A stretch of 59,566 nt of DNA from a virus (taxonomy: Duplodnaviria; Caudoviricetes): positions 1 to 59,566 of the IMG/VR virus record IMGVR_UViG_3300046796_000573. The stretch is one strand, 5' to 3'. Of the stretch, positions 9,493 to 19,950 are shown piece by piece (within the stretch, counting starts at the first letter, position 1; every line of letters begins with the position of its first letter). The notes beneath the pieces are model-generated. The model saw nothing but the letters and a program-made list of their open reading frames with translations. It ran no database searches and was not told the origin of the DNA. The position numbers were made by a program, and so were the translations under genes.

Positions 9493-11595
9493 GTGTCGAA
9501 CGAGGCGTCCGTCAAGATCACGATCAAGGGGTCGGGCTGGAAGGACGGCCTCAAGCGCTTTGAGAGCGACGCCGAGGACACCGGCAAGAAGGTCGGCGAC
9601 AGCCTAGGCAAGGGCCTGCTCAGCGCCACCAAGCACCTGGGCGGCGCGCTCAAGACCGGGCTCCAGTCGATGGCCAGCTCGCCCATCGCGCAGATCGGCG
9701 GCTTCGGCGCGCTGCTCGGCATCGGCGAGATGGTCAAGGACACGCAGCAGGCGCAGAAGAGCCTGCGCGGGCTGTCCTTCGAGATGGGTCGTGGGCGCGA
9801 CGCCAGCTACTCCCTGCTGAACGTCACCAACTGGGCCAACGCCGCGACCAAGAAATGGGGCATCACCACCAACGAGGCGGCCGCCGCAATGGGCAGCCTC
9901 TATGACGAGGTGGGCGACCCTCAGTTGGCCGTCCAGTCGCTGGACATCATCGCCCGCCACGCGCGCGGCACCGGCCGGTCTATCGAAGAGACGTCGGCGA
10001 TCGCGGGCGGGCTCGGCGAGCAGTTCGGCATTACCGCCCGCGACATGGGCGAGGGCCTGGCGGCCACGTTCGATCAGGCCACCAAGGGCGGCGTCACGCT
10101 GAACGATCTCCAGGGCTCGATGGGCCGCCTGGGGCGCGCCGCCAAGCTCTCCGGCGTCAGCGGTGTGGACGGGCTGAAGCAGACGCTGGCCCTGGCCAAC
10201 GCGCTCGAGGACAGCGCCGGTGGTGGTGCAGCTGCGATCGACGTGCTGGCTGGCACGCTGGGCAAGCTCGATGCGGGCAAGGCGCAGCGCAAGCAACTGG
10301 CGGCCAACGGCATCAAGACCACCGACAGCAACGGCAAGGAGCTCAACGGCATCGAGCTGCTCGGCAAGATCATGGAGAAGACCAAGGGCGACGCCACTGC
10401 CCTCGGCCTGCTGGGCATCCGCCCGGAGCAAGCACAGGCGCTCTCGATGGGCCTGGGCGGTGGCAAGTTCGACGAGGCGCTGAAGGGCGCGTCGGCGCCA
10501 GGCATTACGCAGGAGGACATCGGCAAGCGCGCGGCGGAGGAGATGAACACGCCGGAGATGAAGCTCCAGCAGGCGATGAATCACATCAAGGAGACGCTCG
10601 GCTCGCCCGAGGTCACCGCGGCGCTGAACAAGTTCGCCGACAACCTGCCCAAGCTGGCCGACATCATCGCGAAGACGGTGAGCGCGATCGCGAACCACGG
10701 CGGCATCGCTGCGGCGCTGTTCGCCGGCAAGAGCATGGTCTCGTTCGGCGGTGGCGGTGGAGGCGGTGGTGGCGGCCTGGGCCTCCCCGGTGGCGGTGGT
10801 GGAGGCGGTGGCGGTGGAGGCGGTGCAGCAGGTGCAGCCGGCAACATCGCAGCGGCCGCGCTGCTGGCGTACGCCGTCGGGCGCGACGCGATCGACAGTC
10901 ACTTCACCGGGCAGGAGCAGGCGCAGAGCGCAGCCCTTGGCGCCGAGCTCGGCGCGGGCAACGTGCGCAGCGCCGCCACCACGGGTGACGAGAAGACGCG
11001 TCGCGAAGCGCATGCGGCCGCGCGCGCAGGCATGGCCGACATCCAGGACAAGCTGGACGAGATCGACGTGAGCAGCACCGGCGGTGTGAACCTCGACGCC
11101 GATCGCCGAGCAGCAGCGCAGGCGCGCGTCAATGCCACCGGCCCGCGCGACGCCTCCGAGCGCGACAGCCTGCTGCGCCAATACGGCGAGTACCAGGACG
11201 CGCTGTCGGCCAAGCCAGCGGTGAACATGAACGACAGGATCGCGGCCGCGGGTGGCCTCCAGAACGCGGTCGCCACCGGAGCCGACATCCTGGGCCTGCG
11301 CGATGACACTGGCGGCGTAAACATGATCGGCGGTGGGACCGCGGCGGAGCAGATCCATGGCTTCGTCGGTCGGCACAAGTCGCCGCCACCGCAGACGGAC
11401 GCGTCCAGCGGCAACGATGCGGGCGCGAAGAGCAGCGCCGAGGGGAACCGCTTGCTCGCCGAGATGCTCCAGGCCTCGCAGGCCACCAGCCGCAAGATCC
11501 AGGGCGGGCTGACCGTGCAGATCGACGGTGGCAGCATCGCCGCGCTCGGCGCTGCCATGCGCGCCGGCCAGCCGGGCTACACTGGGCGCGAGTAG
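9493..11595 (+). CDS. Tail tape measure protein
   Basis: 700 aa Ala/Gly-rich helical protein after chaperone. Confidence 0.85.
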   Translation: MSNEASVKITIKGSGWKDGLKRFESDAEDTGKKVGDSLGKGLLSATKHLGGALKTGLQSMASSPIAQIGGFGALLGIGEMVKDTQQAQKSLRGLSFEMGRGRDASYSLLNVTNWANAATKKWGITTNEAAAAMGSLYDEVGDPQLAVQSLDIIARHARGTGRSIEETSAIAGGLGEQFGITARDMGEGLAATFDQATKGGVTLNDLQGSMGRLGRAAKLSGVSGVDGLKQTLALANALEDSAGGGAAAIDVLAGTLGKLDAGKAQRKQLAANGIKTTDSNGKELNGIELLGKIMEKTKGDATALGLLGIRPEQAQALSMGLGGGKFDEALKGASAPGITQEDIGKRAAEEMNTPEMKLQQAMNHIKETLGSPEVTAALNKFADNLPKLADIIAKTVSAIANHGGIAAALFAGKSMVSFGGGGGGGGGGLGLPGGGGGGGGGGGGAAGAAGNIAAAALLAYAVGRDAIDSHFTGQEQAQSAALGAELGAGNVRSAATTGDEKTRREAHAAARAGMADIQDKLDEIDVSSTGGVNLDADRRAAAQARVNATGPRDASERDSLLRQYGEYQDALSAKPAVNMNDRIAAAGGLQNAVATGADILGLRDDTGGVNMIGGGTAAEQIHGFVGRHKSPPPQTDASSGNDAGAKSSAEGNRLLAEMLQASQATSRKIQGGLTVQIDGGSIAALGAAMRAGQPGYTGRE

Positions 11596-11598
11596 ACC

Positions 11599-12546
11599 GT
11601 GGACATCCCCAAGGGCATCTTCGAGCTGTACCCCGACCCGCGCTATCAGGTCGACAGCTACGACATCACCTTCAGCCTGATCTCGCTCCAGGAGGAGGGC
11701 GGCAATCGCCTCGCGCGCCACCCACGCCTCTATCGCGACAAGGAGCGGCTCGAGGACACGGGCGCCACCAGCCGCATCTGGACGATGACGGGCGAGTTCT
11801 ACAACGGTGGCGAGAGCGGCGGGAAGTACCCCGACGACGTGGACAAGCTGCTCGAAGCGGCAGGCGTGCACAAGACGGGCACGCTGACGGTGCCCACCGT
11901 CGGCCCGGTGAAGGTCCGCCTGGCCACGTACAAGCGCCTGGAGCAGAGCACCGACCGCGACCTGGCCATGCTCACGATGGTGTGGGTCGAGGACGGCGTG
12001 GACGACGAGAGCGCCACCAGGTGGCAGGCTCCGCAGGCGAGCGCGGTGGCGCCCGGCCTGGTGGCCGACGCGGTGAACGGCTTCGACGGTCTCGGGATCG
12101 ACATGGACCCATTCCAGGAGATCACCGACTTCTGCGATTCGCTGAGCGAGCTCGCGCAGTCGCCCTTCGATTACGTCGACACGTGGGAGGCGCGCGCCGC
12201 CAAGGTGGCGAACGCGATCGATCGCGTCGAGGCGAGCTACACCACCACGCCACTGAACCGCGTGCTCAGCGACGTGAGCACGCTGATGACCGATCCGCTG
12301 GCGTCGCGCCCGGGCATGTTGCTGCGCAAGTTGAGTGGGATCGTGTCGACGGCGGCCACCACCCACCGCTCGCCGACGATCATCACGCGGATGTTCGACA
12401 AGCCGCTGCCGATCTTCAGCATCGCGCAGCTGGTCAAGCAGGACAGCACCGCGCTCATCAAGTTGAACCCCGGGCTGCCGCTCCTCTCGATTCCGGCGGG
12501 CACACCGGTGCGGATGTACGCGGACGGCACGGCCCGGAGCTACTAG
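11599..12546 (+). CDS. Mu gp43 (DNA circulation/N)-like tail protein with C-terminal LysM-like motif
   Basis: GGNRLARH...EDTG..SR..T.TG; GTLTVPT.G; C-term IKLNP...IPAGTPV. Confidence 0.75.
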   Translation: MDIPKGIFELYPDPRYQVDSYDITFSLISLQEEGGNRLARHPRLYRDKERLEDTGATSRIWTMTGEFYNGGESGGKYPDDVDKLLEAAGVHKTGTLTVPTVGPVKVRLATYKRLEQSTDRDLAMLTMVWVEDGVDDESATRWQAPQASAVAPGLVADAVNGFDGLGIDMDPFQEITDFCDSLSELAQSPFDYVDTWEARAAKVANAIDRVEASYTTTPLNRVLSDVSTLMTDPLASRPGMLLRKLSGIVSTAATTHRSPTIITRMFDKPLPIFSIAQLVKQDSTALIKLNPGLPLLSIPAGTPVRMYADGTARSY

Positions 12547-13721
12547 TGGCGATCCGCGAGCCGGACGTGATCGAGCTGCGCGGTGGTGGTGGCACCCTGG
12601 CGCGCTTCGAGAGCATCGAGATCTCCACGTCGCTGGTGTCGCCCACCGAAGCGCGCTTCGTCATGGGCGACGACTTCGCGTGGCGCGACCTCGAGCGCTT
12701 CACCAAGCCAGGCGCCGAGTACGAGGTCACCATCAACGGCACGCGCCTGCTCAAGGGCCGCGTCGAGGCACGCGAGGCACCGAGCGACCCGGGCAGCGGC
12801 TCGCGGCTCGAGCTGACGATCCACACCAAGCTGAGCGACGCGCGCTACGCCAGCGCCGACCCGAACATCAAGGTCAGCAAGGTGTCGCTCAAGGACTTCA
12901 TCGTGCAGCTGTTCGACCAGCACGGGTACGTGGAGAGCGACTTCGTGTTCGCCACTCGCACCAGCGTCGACCTGGTGACCGGCGCGCCCAAGGGCAGCCA
13001 GAAGCAGAACCCCAACCTCGCCGCGATGACCATTCAGCAGGCGATGATCCAACCGCCCGAGACGGTGTGGGAGGCGTTCAACAGGCACACGCAGCGACAC
13101 GCCGTAATGGGCTGGGACATGCCGGATGGGCGCATCTTCGTGGGGCAGCCCGACGACGAGGTGCAGCCCGACTTCCAGATCAGGTTCCGGCGCGACGCAC
13201 CTGCCGCGGTGGCGAACAACGTCGAGGCGTTCCGCCGCGTGAACGACTGGCGCGAGGTCGCGAGCGAGATCCGCATTGTGGGCCAGGCCACCGGGCAGGA
13301 CGTGACGCGGAAGCCCGTGCAGGCTCTATCGGCCGACCCCGAGGTGTTCGCGGTGGTGGCGGACAGCGGGCACTTCTTCCGGCCGGTGGTGCTGCCGAAC
13401 GAGCGCGCCAAGTCGAAGGGGCACGCCGAGCTGATTGCGCGCCGCGAGCTCTCCGCGCGGCGCAGGCGCAAGGACGGCTTCGAGGCGGTCGCCGATGGGT
13501 GGACCTACTGGAATGGCCAGCGCGCCATCCCCTGGTGCATCGGTGGCGTCTGCGACGTGACGGCCGACACCGCCGGCGGGCCGATGGGTCCGTACCTGAT
13601 CTGGCGCGTGGTCTATCGCATGAGCACCAGCGCCGGCCACGAGATCAGCAACGACGGCGGCCAGCGCGTGCTGCTCGGTGGTGTGCGGAAGGGCCTGTGG
13701 GACCTGGGGGAGCCAGCGTGA
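12546..13721 (+). CDS. Baseplate hub protein (Mu gp44/P-like)
   Basis: GTG start overlapping TAG; IQPPETVWE, FFRPVVL, GW...W..G motifs; synteny. Confidence 0.75.
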   Translation: MAIREPDVIELRGGGGTLARFESIEISTSLVSPTEARFVMGDDFAWRDLERFTKPGAEYEVTINGTRLLKGRVEAREAPSDPGSGSRLELTIHTKLSDARYASADPNIKVSKVSLKDFIVQLFDQHGYVESDFVFATRTSVDLVTGAPKGSQKQNPNLAAMTIQQAMIQPPETVWEAFNRHTQRHAVMGWDMPDGRIFVGQPDDEVQPDFQIRFRRDAPAAVANNVEAFRRVNDWREVASEIRIVGQATGQDVTRKPVQALSADPEVFAVVADSGHFFRPVVLPNERAKSKGHAELIARRELSARRRRKDGFEAVADGWTYWNGQRAIPWCIGGVCDVTADTAGGPMGPYLIWRVVYRMSTSAGHEISNDGGQRVLLGGVRKGLWDLGEPA

Positions 13722-14554
13722 ACCCGCTCGACCGCGTGCTCACGTTCGTCCGCATCGTCAAGGGCGTGGTCCAGGGCGACCGGAACGCCGTGCTGGTCAA
13801 CGTCGCCACGCTCCTCGACGACGAGGGCAACGAGAGCGGCGGCCAGGACAGCCAGGAGATCTACACCGGCGTCACGTATCTGAACCCCGACCCGCCCGAC
13901 ACGCAGGACAAGGGCGGCACGTGCTGCGAGGGCATCGCGCTCAAGGAGGACAATGGCTGCACGGTGGTGGCCTATCGCGACCTGCGCCTGGCGCGCCGGG
14001 TGAAGCCCGCCGTCGGCGAGCTCGGGATGAGCCATTACGGTGGCGGCTTCCTGTCGCTGGCGTGGGACGCCGATCACAAGGGCACGCAGGTGGTGCTGCT
14101 CGCGCCGCGCCTCGACTCGAACGGCGCGATCGACAAGTCGCACGGCATCACGATGGACCCCACCGTGGGCAACGCGAACATCACGATCCAGCACATCGAA
14201 GGCGGCGCGCTCGTGCTCGACAAGGACGGCAGCGCGAAGCTCACGAGCGGCAACGGCAAGCACTGGGTCCACCTGAAGAACGACGGCTTCGCGATGAGCG
14301 CGGACAGCGGCTACCAGTTCGTGGGTGGTGTGGTCGCGGGGAACACCAGCCTGGCGAGGGAGGTGCCCCTGCACCAGGAGGTGTCCGACGCGCTCACCAC
14401 GATCGCCACCGCGCTGGGCCTGCTCAGCACGCAGATCATGGCGCCTCCGCAGGCTGGCGCAGGTGCAGCTGCGCAGGTGGCCCAGCTCGCCACGCAGCTC
14501 GCAGCGCTGGCGACCACCGGCAAGGCCACCACGCTCAAGGCATCGCCGGTATGA
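13718..14554 (+). CDS. Baseplate spike (Mu gp45/gpV-like)
   Basis: D.R....GE motif then beta-repeat region; synteny. Confidence 0.7.
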   Translation: MNPLDRVLTFVRIVKGVVQGDRNAVLVNVATLLDDEGNESGGQDSQEIYTGVTYLNPDPPDTQDKGGTCCEGIALKEDNGCTVVAYRDLRLARRVKPAVGELGMSHYGGGFLSLAWDADHKGTQVVLLAPRLDSNGAIDKSHGITMDPTVGNANITIQHIEGGALVLDKDGSAKLTSGNGKHWVHLKNDGFAMSADSGYQFVGGVVAGNTSLAREVPLHQEVSDALTTIATALGLLSTQIMAPPQAGAGAAAQVAQLATQLAALATTGKATTLKASPV

Positions 14555-14561
14555 TCGGCGG

Positions 14562-14849
14562 ATGGCCCTCACGGTAGGAACGGTCTCGGTCGACGGCGCT
14601 GGCGTGCGCACTGGAACGGGGTACGCGGTCGCCATCTACGACTCGATGCTCGCGTACACCGAGGCGCGCAACGGCATCGCCACCACGGTGGCGCAGCGCC
14701 AGGGCTTTGCCGATTACGCCAACGCGCAAGCGCCCACGCTGATGAACTACCTCACCGCCAACGGCGCGCCGCGCATCGTCGTGCCCACGAACGCCTTCGG
14801 GGCTGGCATCCCGCCAGGGCCGGTCACCATCAACGGCACGCTTCTATGA
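14562..14849 (+). CDS. Small baseplate protein, possible spike tip
   Basis: 95 aa after spike; C-term PGPVTINGTL. Confidence 0.55.
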   Translation: MALTVGTVSVDGAGVRTGTGYAVAIYDSMLAYTEARNGIATTVAQRQGFADYANAQAPTLMNYLTANGAPRIVVPTNAFGAGIPPGPVTINGTLL

Positions 14850-15184
14850 GCTGCGGCCTCAAGCCGTTGGTCGTGCTGCCGGCGGGCATCCCGCCCAGCC
14901 CGCCACCGATCGGCTTCCCCACACCACCGACGTTCCCAGCGCAGCCATCGCTCGGGTTCAGCCTGGGGCTCAAGCCACTGACGGCCCTGCCGGCGGGCAT
15001 CCCGCCGTCGCCTCCGCCGGTGGGGTTCCCCACGCCACCCACCTTCCCCGCGCCGCCCAGCTTCCCCTTCAGCCTGGGCCTGAAGCCCTTGGTCGCGCTC
15101 CCCGCAGGCATTCCACCTGCGCCCCCACCGATCGGGTTCCCGACGCCGCCGACCTTCCCGCAGCCCAGGTGCCCGCTCTCCTAG
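14846..15184 (+). CDS. Proline-rich protein with three 37-aa repeats
   Basis: Units GLKPL..LPAGIPP.PPP.GFPTPPTFP start at 14855, 14966, 15077; synonymous divergence between units. Confidence 0.7.
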   Translation: MSCGLKPLVVLPAGIPPSPPPIGFPTPPTFPAQPSLGFSLGLKPLTALPAGIPPSPPPVGFPTPPTFPAPPSFPFSLGLKPLVALPAGIPPAPPPIGFPTPPTFPQPRCPLS

Positions 15185-15196
15185 TACGCTCCCGCC

Positions 15197-15640
15197 ATGG
15201 CCGACCCCATCATCACGCCGTGCGGGCTGTCGCCGCTGTCCGGGCCTTGGGACGACGGCATCACCGGCGAGCAGGCCAAGCGCCGCACCGTGCTCGCGGT
15301 CGCGGTGGACAACATCACCGGCGAGGTGCTGTCGCTCTTGCAGTCGTGCCACCCGATCGACGCGAACATCGCGATGCAGTTCCAGGCGCAGCTGAACGCG
15401 GGCGTCGCGCTCGACCAGACCGGCCACCTGCTGTTCACGATCAAGAAGGCCGACGACCAGGCGCAGCGGAGGATCGAGCAGGAGGTGCGCCGGTGCATGG
15501 AGCCGTTCGTCAAGGCGGGCTACGCGCGCATCGAGTCGCTCCTGCCCAAGGTGGAGGGCGACACGGGCAGCTTCGACCTCAAGTACAAGAACCTGTTCAC
15601 CGGCGGCAGCCCGACCATCACGGTGCAGGCGCTGGGGTGA
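15197..15640 (+). CDS. Baseplate wedge protein (gp46/gpW-like)
   Basis: 147 aa immediately before baseplate J. Confidence 0.55.
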   Translation: MADPIITPCGLSPLSGPWDDGITGEQAKRRTVLAVAVDNITGEVLSLLQSCHPIDANIAMQFQAQLNAGVALDQTGHLLFTIKKADDQAQRRIEQEVRRCMEPFVKAGYARIESLLPKVEGDTGSFDLKYKNLFTGGSPTITVQALG

Positions 15641-15653
15641 TAACCTCCGGCGC

Positions 15654-17213
15654 ATGGTCGCACCGGCGGATCGCCAGTTTCCCACCTTCGCGCGCGGCGA
15701 GCTGCGCGACCTCTACCTCGACGCGCTCCGCTACGAGCTGCGCCACGCGCTGAACCCCGACACCGGGCAGCCCTTCACCGAGGGCGAGATCCAGGCCGTC
15801 ACCAGCGAGCTGAGCCGCGACTACAAGGAGGCGAACGCGCTCGACCTGGTGATGCTCGCGGTGCAGCAGCGCGGGCAGTGGCTGGCCGACCAAGCGCTCG
15901 AGACGACGGCGAGCGACTCGTGGCTGAAGGAAGTCCACGGCCCGATGTGGGGCATCGGCGACCCGCTGCCGGCGAGCGGTGGTGGTGGAACGATCACGTG
16001 GAAGGCCACGCCTGGCACCACCTTCCTCGGGTCCACCACGCTGCCCACCGGCTACGCCCACAAGATCGCGATCGGCGCGGTCACCTACCAGGTGCTGTTC
16101 AGCGAGGTGACGTCGATCGGTGGCGTGGCCACGCTGCGCGTGCGCGCGCTGAGCACCGGGCTCGAAACCAACGCCAAGACCACGCAGATCGCCACGCCGA
16201 TCACGCAGCCGTCGGGCGCTGATCCTGCCGGCATCGGGATCACCGCCAACTTCACCGGTGGCGCACCGGCCGAGACGGCGCAGGAGTACGCGAACCGCAT
16301 CTCCGCGGCCAAGCGCGACAAGGAGGGCGCGGGCAATCAGGCACAGCTGCGCGCGCTGGCCAAGGGCGCGAGCGCCGCTGTGGAGACCGCGTGGGTTTAC
16401 CCGTGCGCGCTCGAGGCGGGCAGCACGATCATCGCCGTCGGCGCCAAGCGCGGGAACACCGTGGGCCCCACTGCACGCATCGCGGGGCAGACCGTCGTCG
16501 ACGACGTCGTGGCCTACCTCACGCCACCAGGCTCGCCGGTGCTGCCGCCGCAGCCGTGGCTGCTGGGCGTCGCCCAGGTCCCCGAGAACACCGACGTCGC
16601 GGTGCGCCTGACCATGGCCAAGAAGAGCGTGTCGGGCTGGACGGACCTGGTGCCGTGGCCCACCGCCACCGCGGCGCTGGTTCTGGTGAGCAACGTCACC
16701 GACCAACAGCACTTCAAGATCGACGTCGGCGGTGCCGGCGCGCCGCCGAACCCGACGCCCGCGCTGATGGTGTGGAACAACGCCACCAGCGCGTTCGAGC
16801 TGCTCGCGGTGGTCAGCGTCTCGCTCGATGCGGGCAACGTCTACAACGTGGTGCTCGGCAGCGCACCGGCAGCGACGATCGCGGTGGGCATGGCCGTGTC
16901 GCCTGGCAACGGGCAGGCGGACGCGATCGGCCTGGCGCTGGGACAGTACTTCGACGCGCTCGGCCCGGGCGAGCTCGTGAACCTGTCGACGTCCACGCTC
17001 GCGCACCGCGCCTACCGCTGGCCACCGCCCGACGAGGAGTACACCACGGACGTGGGCGGCCTGCTGCTGACGTACCTCCAGGACGCACTCGGCGCAGCGA
17101 TCACGAACAGCAGCCTGCCGTACACCAGCGTGAGCACGCCCACGCTGCCGGCCAGCCCGGAGCTCGGCCCGCACCAGCTGGTCATCAGGCACTTCGGGAT
17201 CTACCCGTTGTAG
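15654..17213 (+). CDS. Baseplate J-like protein (Mu gp47)
   Basis: FTGGAPAET...Y.RI, GAGN, VETAWVYP, LGPGE motifs. Confidence 0.9.
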   Translation: MVAPADRQFPTFARGELRDLYLDALRYELRHALNPDTGQPFTEGEIQAVTSELSRDYKEANALDLVMLAVQQRGQWLADQALETTASDSWLKEVHGPMWGIGDPLPASGGGGTITWKATPGTTFLGSTTLPTGYAHKIAIGAVTYQVLFSEVTSIGGVATLRVRALSTGLETNAKTTQIATPITQPSGADPAGIGITANFTGGAPAETAQEYANRISAAKRDKEGAGNQAQLRALAKGASAAVETAWVYPCALEAGSTIIAVGAKRGNTVGPTARIAGQTVVDDVVAYLTPPGSPVLPPQPWLLGVAQVPENTDVAVRLTMAKKSVSGWTDLVPWPTATAALVLVSNVTDQQHFKIDVGGAGAPPNPTPALMVWNNATSAFELLAVVSVSLDAGNVYNVVLGSAPAATIAVGMAVSPGNGQADAIGLALGQYFDALGPGELVNLSTSTLAHRAYRWPPPDEEYTTDVGGLLLTYLQDALGAAITNSSLPYTSVSTPTLPASPELGPHQLVIRHFGIYPL

Positions 17214-17223
17214 TCTGGCGGGC

Positions 17224-17718
17224 ATGAGCTCGTTCCCCACCCGCATCACGCGCGTCGCCTACGGCCCACCTCGCAAGGACACGCTTCGCGCGGGCGACCC
17301 TTCGAAGACGGTCAACAAGGCCGACTTCGAGCGGATGTTCTGGCAGCTCACCGGCGCGGGCCTGATGGTGCCCATCCTGCGCCTGGCCTTCACCAGCGCT
17401 GCGACCACCGGCGCGCTGGTGCTGAACTATCACTTCGAGTCGTGGGACGTGGAGGGCACGGGGCCTCCGCCGGTGCTGACGCGCCAGACCACGGGCACGT
17501 ACCGCATCACCTACCCGACGGCGGTGCTCAACGTGAACGGCGACAGCGTGCCCCTGGCGCTCTACGACGCGCGCTGCTCGATCCAGGGCGGCGCCAGCGT
17601 GCTGGGCTGGACGGCCCCATGCTCGATCATCAGCCCCAACGTGATCGAGGTCACCGTCGGCGACGCGACCAACGCACGCACCGACACGGCCACGCGCTTG
17701 GAGGTCTGCGGCCTGTGA
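17224..17718 (+). CDS. Hypothetical tail/baseplate protein
   Basis: Beta-rich, TGTYRITY motif. Confidence 0.6.
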   Translation: MSSFPTRITRVAYGPPRKDTLRAGDPSKTVNKADFERMFWQLTGAGLMVPILRLAFTSAATTGALVLNYHFESWDVEGTGPPPVLTRQTTGTYRITYPTAVLNVNGDSVPLALYDARCSIQGGASVLGWTAPCSIISPNVIEVTVGDATNARTDTATRLEVCGL

Positions 17719-18401
17719 GCATCGGCGTCTTCAATCCGTGCCCGTTCGTGATCGGCGAGGGGCCCACGCCGCTCGAGAGCGCCTACCAGTCGCTGCGCGA
17801 AGCGGTCGGTGCGAAGGCTGGCATCGCAGGCGGCAAGAGCTTCGCCGACGGTGGGATCGAGGACGCGCGGCGCTACTGCCGGGCGCTGGTGATCGCGGCA
17901 GCTGCATCGCTCCAGGAAGCGGCGCTCGCGGAGTTCTTCGCGATCACCACCACGTACCGCCTGCGTGAATGGGAGGACATCCTGCACCTGCCCCACCAGG
18001 ACGACGCCGAGGCGGGCCGCCAGGCCGCTGCCGCCGTCGCGTACGCCAAGCTGTACGGCGACCTACCGCGCCTGCGCGAGCAGCTGCGCGCGCGGTTCGA
18101 TCCGAGCATCAACCTCACGCTGATCGCGCGCGAGGACCAGGTCACCACGATGATCGGCAAGACGCTCGCCGACCGCACCGGCACCGTGTACTTCGGCACG
18201 CGCGGCGTGCAGATCGCGCCCAACTACTCGACGGCGTGGGTGCTGAACGTGTCGTGGCCAGGCACGCGCACGCCGGACGAGCTGGCGCTCATCTCGCGGG
18301 TGGTGTCGCGCGTCATCCCCAGTTGGGTGGACTTCCAGATCACCGGCAGCACCGGCTTCGTGCTGGGCACCAGCCTGCTGGGGCAAACCACGCTGACCTG
18401 A
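17715..18401 (+). CDS. Baseplate protein (Mu gp48/tail protein I-like)
   Basis: LREWEDILHL, RVIPSW, GFVLGTSLLG motifs. Confidence 0.7.
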   Translation: MSIGVFNPCPFVIGEGPTPLESAYQSLREAVGAKAGIAGGKSFADGGIEDARRYCRALVIAAAASLQEAALAEFFAITTTYRLREWEDILHLPHQDDAEAGRQAAAAVAYAKLYGDLPRLREQLRARFDPSINLTLIAREDQVTTMIGKTLADRTGTVYFGTRGVQIAPNYSTAWVLNVSWPGTRTPDELALISRVVSRVIPSWVDFQITGSTGFVLGTSLLGQTTLT

Positions 18402-18414
18402 TAGGCTCGGGGCC

Positions 18415-18951
18415 GTGGCGAACTTCCCCCCGGTGAAGCCTGGCGGCTGGAGCGACGGCGAGACACTCACCGGCGCGCAGGCCACCGTCCTTCAGTCCTA
18501 CCTGGTCAAGGCACCCAACGGCGACGACGGCTCGAGCCACGCCGGCAAGATGTCCTTCGGCGGGGTCAAGGCGCCGCACCTCACGCTCGTTGTGAACAAT
18601 CAGTCGGTCGCCTCGAGCCCGGGCTCATTCACGTTCGACACCGACGTGGCGGGCCTGCTCCAGATCAAGGTCACCGACACCGGCAACGACGTGGCGATCA
18701 CCATCACGCCGGAGCACGCGATGTCCGGCGATGAGTACGAGGTTGTCCTGTGGGTGTCGGCCCTGGAGGACGCGTTCCAAACGACGATCACCTGGGCCGC
18801 AGGCACAGGCACGATCACCCACCGCTTCCCCGACGGTGACGACCAGCCATACCCCGGCACAGGGCGGACGCGTTGGCGAGGCCGCGCGCTGAACTTCAGC
18901 GGGGGCACCACAGCGAACGAGATCTGGTGGACCTGCGAGAGGCTTGGCTGA
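18415..18951 (+). CDS. Putative tail fibre/receptor-binding component
   Basis: N-term KPGGWSDGETLT typical of baseplate-attached fibres. Confidence 0.5.
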   Translation: MANFPPVKPGGWSDGETLTGAQATVLQSYLVKAPNGDDGSSHAGKMSFGGVKAPHLTLVVNNQSVASSPGSFTFDTDVAGLLQIKVTDTGNDVAITITPEHAMSGDEYEVVLWVSALEDAFQTTITWAAGTGTITHRFPDGDDQPYPGTGRTRWRGRALNFSGGTTANEIWWTCERLG

Positions 18952-19538
18952 TGGCGAGGATCAAGATCAAGGCGTTTCACGGCATCGTCGACACGCGGCT
19001 CATGAGCCTTGCGAACCCCGTGAACATCGCGATGGGCACCAGCTTCGTCGTGCAGAAAAACGTGATCATCGCGCCGACGACCGGCACCGTCACCACGACG
19101 TGGTGGGTGACGCCGAATACGTCGTTCTCCCTCGAGTCGGCAATCCTCGATCTCGAGGGCACGTTCACGAACAACAGCGGATCGAACAAGGGCGCAACGA
19201 TCGACATCGGCATCAAGGAGAACAACACGACCTTCCGCACGCTCGTCACTGGCGTGCTGCTGAACGCCGACTTCGCGGGGAACAATTACGCCGCCTTCGG
19301 CGCGACAGGAAAGCCAGGCATGTGGGGCGGACAAGCCGCCGACCTCGGGTATCTGTTCGCAGATCACGGCGGACCCGCTGGCGGCCTCTACTGGCAGTCG
19401 AGCTCGAAGGGGCTCGTCAACCTGAACGCCAACGACTATTCGGGCCAGCCGGTTCAGGTGCGCGTGACGCCAGTCGACGGCGCGGCAACGTGGAACGGTA
19501 ACTTCGGGTGCACGCTGCGCGGGCATCTCCTGAGCTGA
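18951..19538 (+). CDS. Hypothetical beta-rich tail protein
   Basis: TGATG coupling; Asn/Thr/Gly-rich. Confidence 0.6.
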   Translation: MARIKIKAFHGIVDTRLMSLANPVNIAMGTSFVVQKNVIIAPTTGTVTTTWWVTPNTSFSLESAILDLEGTFTNNSGSNKGATIDIGIKENNTTFRTLVTGVLLNADFAGNNYAAFGATGKPGMWGGQAADLGYLFADHGGPAGGLYWQSSSKGLVNLNANDYSGQPVQVRVTPVDGAATWNGNFGCTLRGHLLS

Positions 19539-19545
19539 TCTCGCC

Positions 19546-19950
19546 ATGGCGGACTTCGTGATCTCGGTGGGCCTGGGCGACATCCACGTGGTGGACTGGG
19601 CGGACACCGGCCTGCCCGGCCAGCCCGATCGCCTGAGCGCGCCGAAGTACCCGCACCGCTACGCACGCGTTGGCCATGGCGGGCTTCCCACCTCGGTCAC
19701 CGTCAGCGCGGTGGTCGGTGGCGTGGCTGCCCCGCTGGACGCTGCGCTGGGCGGCCGCCTATTCACCTGGTGGTGGGAGGACAAGGGCGCAGGCGCGCCG
19801 CCGTCGGTCGCGCCGCCAGCGGGGCACACGTCGACCGTGTCGCCCTTGTTCACGCCCGACAACCTGGGCACGTGGGTGCTGGCCTGCTACCGCGACGGCG
19901 GAGGCTGCGTGCGCGTGCCCTTCAGCGTGGAGCTCGCCGACGCGCCATGA
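19546..19950 (+). CDS. Hypothetical protein (Ig/PKD-like)
   Basis: FTW...FTPD..GTW motif. Confidence 0.55.
   Translation: MADFVISVGLGDIHVVDWADTGLPGQPDRLSAPKYPHRYARVGHGGLPTSVTVSAVVGGVAAPLDAALGGRLFTWWWEDKGAGAPPSVAPPAGHTSTVSPLFTPDNLGTWVLACYRDGGGCVRVPFSVELADAP

Noticed and set aside
10747-10824. GGT/GGC tandem repeat
   Set aside because: Encodes a poly-Gly linker in the tape measure; no sign of separate function
14846-15184. Triple repeat as DGR template/variable repeats
   Set aside because: No reverse transcriptase; differences are mostly synonymous and not adenine-specific
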